DNA of 64,000 bases from an uncultured virus (IMG/VR IMGVR_UViG_3300001419_000001) (lineage: Duplodnaviria; Heunggongvirae; Uroviricota; Caudoviricetes), in the IMG/VR virus record IMGVR_UViG_3300001419_000001, positions 1 to 64,000 of that record. One strand, written 5' to 3'. Shown here piece after piece: positions 57,531 to 64,000 of the stretch. Below the pieces are notes generated by a model that worked only from the letters and a program-made list of their open reading frames with translations, had not been told where the DNA came from and did no database searches. Within the stretch, counting starts at the first letter, position 1, and every line of letters begins with the position of its first letter. Made by a program: the position numbers and the translations under genes.

Positions 57531-59378
57531 TTATACTATTGGTAGTTTACTTGCTCTGGCTGGGGTTACAAATAGTGTTGTTGCACTTACAGCAACACCA
57601 ATTGGATCTACCAATGCACCAGAACCTGATGGGGATGTAGATGTAATTCCTCCTGCAACTGTAGCAGATAGCCAATACCAGTTTCCAATTTCCAAATTGG
57701 TAAATCCAGACACGGCTCCAATAAATACAACAGAAAAACTTTGGTTGTCTGATGAACCAGACAGTCCATCAATCATTCCTATTCCAAGTGTTGCTGGATT
57801 GTTTGCTTGTGATTTTGTCCACAGACCTGTTCCATTGTCTAAATAAACAACATCCCTATTTGCTAATGAAGTGTTTGATCCTGCTACTTGCCAAGCAACA
57901 TGGTTTGTTACTGGTGAGCCAATGCCAGCAATAATCTTACCAGTTGCATCTGTTTTAAGATAATCCGCACTTTGAACATTGTCAACTACCACATCCCAAC
58001 CAGTTATTGTATTTGATGTTGTTATGGTTCCTATTGTACCAATATTTCCTGTTGTTGCAGAAAGACTAAGGGTTGGAACAAATGGCGATGAGCATGAGGC
58101 TAAAGTACCAAACTGGGCGTCTCTACCAAACCTAACTCCTGTAAACGGTGGCTCGTTGTTAACATCGAGAGTATCATTACCATAGCAATCCTGTGTTTCT
58201 CCATTAGAAAACCATATTAGTTTGTTTATAAACTCTACTGTTCCACCATCAATATAATGGCTTGTGGCACCAGCAAACAAACTGTCATCGTTTATTGTAA
58301 ACAATACATCTCCAGATGATGTATTAGTTGAGGCTGTTGATTTGACAACCTCAAATGCATTGTGATTTCCTCTACCTTTAACAGATACCACTGGAGTATT
58401 TACTACTGTGTCGGTTGGAGTATAATTAAACCAATTGTTTCCAGAAGAGTACACACTTCCTTTAGCCCAGATAGACATGTTGTTGTTGAGTATAAGGGAA
58501 TTACTGGAAGTAAGGTTGAATATGATATCGTTACTAGAATTGTTTACTGATAATACATCTGTAGATTGACTTGCATGTGTTATGATTTTTAATGCTGAGG
58601 CATTTGCATTTGAAACTTTTATAGTGTTCCACTCAAGTTCTTCTCCAGTTACACCCGGAAGTTTTCTAATGTATCCTAGACTATTCAATACTGTTGATTT
58701 TTGCGATGACCAATATGCTACACCACCTCCGCTTTCCGATGGTTGGTTTTGTAGCGTTCCTGTGTGGCTAGTTGTACAATACCAAACAGTATCATTAGTT
58801 GCTTCTGTATTAGGATCGTCATGTTTAACAACATCACCTTGGATATAACTAGTACCCTCTTGCCAAGACTCAACCAATCCTAAATTATTAAGGACTGCAT
58901 CAATTTCTGTTTTGTTATAGTAGTTGGCAAGAGAAGCACTGATAAATGAATAGATGTCTGCATCCTCTCCATCCAATCGTGCTGCCTCTTCTTCCAACAA
59001 GTGAAGTGCCTGAGTATTTACAACATTCAAATCTCTGCCACTTAACTTTGCACCATCAACAAAAGTAGTATATAGGCTAGTGGAAGTAACCCTAACTAAC
59101 TTAAGTTTGTGTATTGCAGGATCTAGATATGCTGGAATCTGCTCATTGCTTTGTCCTGTATAGGTAGCATTTTTTAAACTGACCGTTGATGCGTTGCTTA
59201 AAGTATGGATCCATGATGGTCTATATAGTTCAGTCCATGGGTTGGTGTTGTTGTCAACCGCAAAGTAAATCTTTAATTGAGCAACCCCAAGTTCTTGAAT
59301 GAGTTGTATAGGAGACCATGATATAAATTCAATATCATAACCACTTCCTGCTGATTTGATTACTTCTACTGTAGCCAT
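57531..59378 (-). CDS. Tail fibre with T7 gp17-type anchor and CBM5/12-like module
   Basis: RVT...FVDGAKLSGRDLN...QALHLLEE; W.EGTSY..GDVVK...WYC...H...P.....YW. Confidence 0.8.
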   Translation of the reverse strand: MATVEVIKSAGSGYDIEFISWSPIQLIQELGVAQLKIYFAVDNNTNPWTELYRPSWIHTLSNASTVSLKNATYTGQSNEQIPAYLDPAIHKLKLVRVTSTSLYTTFVDGAKLSGRDLNVVNTQALHLLEEEAARLDGEDADIYSFISASLANYYNKTEIDAVLNNLGLVESWQEGTSYIQGDVVKHDDPNTEATNDTVWYCTTSHTGTLQNQPSESGGGVAYWSSQKSTVLNSLGYIRKLPGVTGEELEWNTIKVSNANASALKIITHASQSTDVLSVNNSSNDIIFNLTSSNSLILNNNMSIWAKGSVYSSGNNWFNYTPTDTVVNTPVVSVKGRGNHNAFEVVKSTASTNTSSGDVLFTINDDSLFAGATSHYIDGGTVEFINKLIWFSNGETQDCYGNDTLDVNNEPPFTGVRFGRDAQFGTLASCSSPFVPTLSLSATTGNIGTIGTITTSNTITGWDVVVDNVQSADYLKTDATGKIIAGIGSPVTNHVAWQVAGSNTSLANRDVVYLDNGTGLWTKSQANNPATLGIGMIDGLSGSSDNQSFSVVFIGAVSGFTNLEIGNWYWLSATVAGGITSTSPSGSGALVDPIGVAVSATTLFVTPARASKLPIV

Positions 59379-59380
59379 TG

Positions 59381-62300
59381 TTATCCCTCAAACAAATTGG
59401 TTTGTGGAGTTGTCACCGTGTAGAAACTCACCCTAATATTTGCAGGGATTCCAAGACGGATAAACTGTACTGCTGTTTCAAGACTAAATGCTGCGGCAGA
59501 TCCACCATCTGTTGGGCTATTGTTGTGCTTATTGATATACATATCTTCATAATAAGGTGGATGATTATTTATATTTGATGTGCTATTTGCTTCTGGTTGT
59601 GCAACAGAAGTACTATCCCAATCATGAGCGTGATAATCTGCCAGCCAATCCAATGCAAGTTGTCTAAAGTTACCATCACTATCAGCATATACATCAATTA
59701 AACCAATTCGTTTAAGTCTTGGTACCTTAAGAACAAGATCAAATCCATTACCTGTCTTGTTCCTAATGTCAATACCAAGTTTTTCATAAGGATAAGTATC
59801 CCATGCTCTTACTACATTGGCATCAAAGTCATCTGGGTAAATATGATAACCATCTGAGTTGGTTCCGCCAGATCCAATTTGAGTGCATCCGGTGCCCCCG
59901 TCATCACAACCATCAATGTACTTCTCTACCTTTGCTACAATCTCATAACAATTTGCATCAGGGCAGTTTGTAGTTGTTACAGACCCAGCCGTAGAGAATT
60001 GAACTTCAAACACATACTCATCATACATGTCAGGAAGAACTCTTTCAAGGTTTGTGAATACTTTATTTGCGTCAACTTTGATTGAATAACTACCGCCCTT
60101 AGCCATGGTTAAATCAGTAGGATCTGCTAAATAATCTGTATACCAGTTTGTAGATGCTGGTAGAATAGTATAACTATTGTCATTTTCAAGAGATACTTTA
60201 GCAGGATCAAATGGATTATAATAACTGGTACTGTCTATATTGGCTGGATCGCTTGAGTCATTCCCACTATCATAACCTGTTATCCACCATCGCCAATAGA
60301 ACCAGTTGCTCCCAGTCCCTGCTCCAAGATATGTTGAAACATCAGTGGGAATCCCCGACTCATCAACTTTACCAAGCGTATCCATATTACCATCCCATAC
60401 GATATACGAAGGTGGGCTTCCTGTTCCATCCCACAGATGCGATAGGTAGTATGTAACAACACTTGGTACATGTTTTGTATTGGAGTAGTTATTAAGATTC
60501 AATGCATCGGTAAATTGATAATTGACAGTAATCATACTGTTTGTTTGATCTGTATATTGAACACTTGCATTTGGATAATCGGTCAATGGATGTTCTTCTG
60601 TATAACCAAGTGCTGTGCCCCAGTCAGATTTATTAATGACACTGCGAACTCTAGAAAGATATCTGTCTGTAGTTGGGTTAAGTGTCCCACTTGTAAACTC
60701 TAATCCAAAGGTATGGGTCTTGCTTGGGTTGTATAAGAACTTTTCAATATTGGTCATATATAACTTGTTCTTGCATACTGAGCAAGTAAGTGCAGGCCAT
60801 GGCCTATAGTATGCCAAATCTGATTGTGTTGGATCTGATCCTGTTAGAGTACCCCCTGTGCCGGGGTGGTCTAAGGTATCAAACTTGTTGATATCAAAAT
60901 AAGCAAGGGGATAGTCTGATATACTTGAAATATTTCTACCCTCTCCTCTACCAATTTCCCATCTAAATGATGTTAGGATTATGCCGCCAGATGCCGTGCT
61001 GGTACTGATTTGATTTGCAATATATACTGGTAGTTGTTCCGTTGGATCTCCTAGTTGATCTGAGATCTGTTGCTGTGCGGCGTAGTATCCCAACCCAAAG
61101 GATGTAATGGCATTGGGTATTAGATCCTTGGGTACAGCCATGCAGCCTGTAGTCAATGCTCCCCATGCAGCATCTATATCAGTATCACACTGCCCTAGAA
61201 CATAATAGTCATCAAGATCATTATTGGCTGTTGTGTTGTAGGTTTCAAAGGTTTCAAAGTAAGTTGCAGCGGCTGGCAGGGATGCATTAACCCAATTGGT
61301 TCCGTTGAAAGAAAGGAACTCCCCACTTGTTACACTGGTAATGCTTACATTATTTAGATTATCTAAAGTAATATTACCAGCAATCTGTGAGGGTGGTGCC
61401 CCCACAAATGATCCATTACCATCCCAAATCAATACATCATTAGCAGTTACGCTTGACAGGTCAAAGTTAAATGGAGAACTGGTTGATGGTGTTACTGTAA
61501 ACAATGCTCCACCTGACCCATCATCATTAGCAACTTGATAATAGTTGTTACTTGCAAATTCCTTTTCTTGAATTAAGAAGAGCAACTGGTGCAAAGATGT
61601 ATTAAGATCTTCAGCACTTAACTTGGCTCCATCCTTGAATGTCAAGAACATTCTCTTGTCATCACTACATCTTTCAAATCTTAATTTTGCAAACCCAGCA
61701 ACAGTAACCGATTGTTGTAAAGTAACTGTTGCATCTTGCTCATTGATTTGGAAATCAGTCTCATAAGTTAGTTGAGTTTTGTTTCCGCTTCCATCTACAA
61801 GATAGACACATAATTGAAGTGAGTCAGGTACAGAACACAGTGTTGCTACATTACCGTATCCATAGGGGGTTCCAGTAGTAGGATTATCATATTCAATAAT
61901 AACCGAGGCACCCAAGTTGGATGGGTTGTAATAGATTGGATCATTTGTATTAAAATCGTAACACACTGTTTCTTCTCCTGTTGTACAGTCTGGATTGTAT
62001 GGGTTTGGACATGGATCATCTTCATAACAACCAAACCAAATAGGAATGTAACTTCCTCCGCACTCATAACAATTGGCACTAAAGTCTGCACATTGTGGTG
62101 GTTCACATGCCCCTTGTTCGACTTCTTCGCAAGTAATCCATATAGAACTGTTTGGGCATTGACAACAATTTACACTGCATTGTTCAGCAGTTGGGTCAAT
62201 GTTACAGTACTCACATGATTGGCAAAAACTTTCAGGCATTGGGTATCCATATGGTTGACACCCTTCACCACACGTTGGACAACATAAATCTTCTGGTGCC

Positions 62301-62980
62301 CAGATACCACAGTTTTCAAAACCCGGATAACAACACTCAACACAGCCGGGTTCTCCGGGTACACAGCATGTTGATGGACATGTTTCAGTAGATGGGATTA
62401 ACTTACATCCGCCGCCCTCACCACACGGGCATGGAACATAATCATCACATCCACCATTACATGGATTGCACAATGAATCTTCACTGTCGCAATCAACAAA
62501 CTGACCATATTCATTTATACATTTATTGTTATCCAGCGCATCACATTGAAAAACCCCACAAAGAGTTAGATCATAATTGCAATCTTCTGGAATAACACCA
62601 CAAGGAATTGTTGATCCATTGTCGCAAAATTCACCAAGTGCATCACAAAATGCTCCCCCTAAATTGTCTGCACATTGTTCACATATACCGCAATTGCAGT
62701 TTTCTTGGCCTACATATTTAGACATTATACAAATTAACGACCAAAGAGTATTACCGCAGTTGTTGTATAAATCACAAATATTACAAATAGATGATCCTAA
62801 TGCAGCAAGTTGGTGTGTAGGATTATCAGGATTAAGGCCGGGAGAAATAGTAATCTTTGGATTGGATCCATAATAACTATTCCACTGAGCGTTTTCATTC
62901 TCCGTCTTCTCAAAGGCGTATTGCACCCATTGAGCATTTGTAAACCATCTATATGACGGTGAACGAATCCAGTCAGCCAT
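59381..62980 (-). CDS. Tail fibre-like protein with Cys-rich N-terminal extension and internal gp17-type anchor
   Basis: R.S....TFKDGAKLSAEDLN.SLHQLLFLIQE at about aa 435-470; L..L.NV.I.....G.FL.FNGTNWVN repeats. Confidence 0.75.
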   Translation of the reverse strand: MADWIRSPSYRWFTNAQWVQYAFEKTENENAQWNSYYGSNPKITISPGLNPDNPTHQLAALGSSICNICDLYNNCGNTLWSLICIMSKYVGQENCNCGICEQCADNLGGAFCDALGEFCDNGSTIPCGVIPEDCNYDLTLCGVFQCDALDNNKCINEYGQFVDCDSEDSLCNPCNGGCDDYVPCPCGEGGGCKLIPSTETCPSTCCVPGEPGCVECCYPGFENCGIWAPEDLCCPTCGEGCQPYGYPMPESFCQSCEYCNIDPTAEQCSVNCCQCPNSSIWITCEEVEQGACEPPQCADFSANCYECGGSYIPIWFGCYEDDPCPNPYNPDCTTGEETVCYDFNTNDPIYYNPSNLGASVIIEYDNPTTGTPYGYGNVATLCSVPDSLQLCVYLVDGSGNKTQLTYETDFQINEQDATVTLQQSVTVAGFAKLRFERCSDDKRMFLTFKDGAKLSAEDLNTSLHQLLFLIQEKEFASNNYYQVANDDGSGGALFTVTPSTSSPFNFDLSSVTANDVLIWDGNGSFVGAPPSQIAGNITLDNLNNVSITSVTSGEFLSFNGTNWVNASLPAAATYFETFETYNTTANNDLDDYYVLGQCDTDIDAAWGALTTGCMAVPKDLIPNAITSFGLGYYAAQQQISDQLGDPTEQLPVYIANQISTSTASGGIILTSFRWEIGRGEGRNISSISDYPLAYFDINKFDTLDHPGTGGTLTGSDPTQSDLAYYRPWPALTCSVCKNKLYMTNIEKFLYNPSKTHTFGLEFTSGTLNPTTDRYLSRVRSVINKSDWGTALGYTEEHPLTDYPNASVQYTDQTNSMITVNYQFTDALNLNNYSNTKHVPSVVTYYLSHLWDGTGSPPSYIVWDGNMDTLGKVDESGIPTDVSTYLGAGTGSNWFYWRWWITGYDSGNDSSDPANIDSTSYYNPFDPAKVSLENDNSYTILPASTNWYTDYLADPTDLTMAKGGSYSIKVDANKVFTNLERVLPDMYDEYVFEVQFSTAGSVTTTNCPDANCYEIVAKVEKYIDGCDDGGTGCTQIGSGGTNSDGYHIYPDDFDANVVRAWDTYPYEKLGIDIRNKTGNGFDLVLKVPRLKRIGLIDVYADSDGNFRQLALDWLADYHAHDWDSTSVAQPEANSTSNINNHPPYYEDMYINKHNNSPTDGGSAAAFSLETAVQFIRLGIPANIRVSFYTVTTPQTNLFEG

Positions 62981-62992
62981 GTTGATTCTCCT

Positions 62993-64000
62993 TTACTTCT
63001 GGATTGAAGTGTCGCCCGGTCTGAAGTTTCCAATCACTTCTATCGAGGTTATGTTGCAAGGTGTTGGGAAATCACTCTTGATGTAGATGGTGGTTGAGTC
63101 GGCATATCCTAGGATCTTTGACAACAACTCTCCTTCCCTCTCAATCCGAAGCATTCCAAGAAGATCTGTAGTATCGTTATAGGTAAACGTCTCGCTCCTT
63201 ACTGAAGATCTTGCCCTATTGTATCTTTCAATTTCAATATTATATTGAGCAGAGTTTCGGTGTCTTGTGGTCATCCTCTTAAGATTCAAGACTCCGGGTC
63301 TTGCTATGTTCTCTGCGTCTCTCACATGAAGAGGTGATAGTTGAATGTTCATCTCATACGGTCGCCCTGCCCACACACGCCTTGGCTGATATGATCCATT
63401 AGGTTGTCTCTCAGAAGCAAGGTTTCCGGGCACCAATAAGTTAGTGGTAAAGTGCCCATCATATTCCTGTGAGACAACGCCTGTTGCAATGTGTCTTGTA
63501 TATCTTCTGCTCTCTGACCATCCATCGTCCAAAACAACTTCAATAGCCGCAGGATCAAAGTATGGTAGCCTGATGGTTGTGATATTTGAGTCCGCATCAT
63601 ATGTAATCTTGTTTGACTCCACTCTAATCAACCTATCAAGCAAAGGTGTGGCAAGGGTGACAGGCTCAAAGGTACCATAGTATGCATAAAGCCTTGGAGT
63701 TACACCATTGGTTCTCTTAACAACAAGATAGAAACCTGTCTCATATCCTTGTACTGCCATGATCTGATCGTTTTCATCCAATACCCATCGGTAGAATGCA
63801 TTTTGCACAAGTTGCTGACCATTGACCTTTTGGGTATAGATATACATATGATTCTTGTTATCTTTATCAACCATGATGATTGAGTTGTATGATGGAACTG
63901 CTGTTACCTCTTGGTAATTGACAGGTAGATATCCACGACAATGAGTACTTAACTCATAGGCGGTTGAATACTCATTGCCAAATGCATCTGACCCACTGTA
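62993..64000 (-). CDS. Tail tubular protein B/nozzle (T7 gp12-like), 5' end outside the window
   Basis: Frame open to the window edge; ELSTHCRGYLP, VQNAFYRW, I.SDFPTPCNITSIE..G.F. Confidence 0.85.
   Translation of the reverse strand, partial: YSGSDAFGNEYSTAYELSTHCRGYLPVNYQEVTAVPSYNSIIMVDKDNKNHMYIYTQKVNGQQLVQNAFYRWVLDENDQIMAVQGYETGFYLVVKRTNGVTPRLYAYYGTFEPVTLATPLLDRLIRVESNKITYDADSNITTIRLPYFDPAAIEVVLDDGWSESRRYTRHIATGVVSQEYDGHFTTNLLVPGNLASERQPNGSYQPRRVWAGRPYEMNIQLSPLHVRDAENIARPGVLNLKRMTTRHRNSAQYNIEIERYNRARSSVRSETFTYNDTTDLLGMLRIEREGELLSKILGYADSTTIYIKSDFPTPCNITSIEVIGNFRPGDTSIQK

Noticed and set aside
1..64000. T7-style conserved 23-bp phage promoters
   Set aside because: No repeated consensus found by eye; needs a motif search of intergenic regions.
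1..64000. Alternative genetic code or stop-codon reassignment
   Set aside because: Core genes are intact under the standard code and no suppressor tRNA is present.

Overview
The window is nearly the whole genome (circularly permuted; probably about 67-70 kb) of a lytic T7-like podovirus, with every credible gene on the minus strand. It has T7-type capsid, scaffold, portal, tail tube B, two tail fibres, TerS/TerL, Pol A, primase-helicase, exonuclease and SSB, plus NrdJ, dUTPase, ThyX, a dNMP kinase and four tRNAs that read A-ending codons. The main finding is that it appears to encode three single-subunit RNA polymerases: a canonical 810-aa T7-like RNAP, a short divergent GC-rich 596-aa RNAP at the start of the early region, and RNAP-like motifs inside an almost Cys-free 3946-aa ejection protein that also has a degenerate DnaQ-like exonuclease and an HExxH metallopeptidase. 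This suggests an N4-like transcription cascade on a T7-like chassis. Other oddities: two tRNA genes sharing 7 nt of acceptor stem, a frameshifted mosaic adhesin with GC-rich cassettes, a Cys-rich tail fibre extension, a GH56-like hydrolase, and a hairpin/repeat-rich early non-coding region. All family calls are by eye from motifs; no searches were run.
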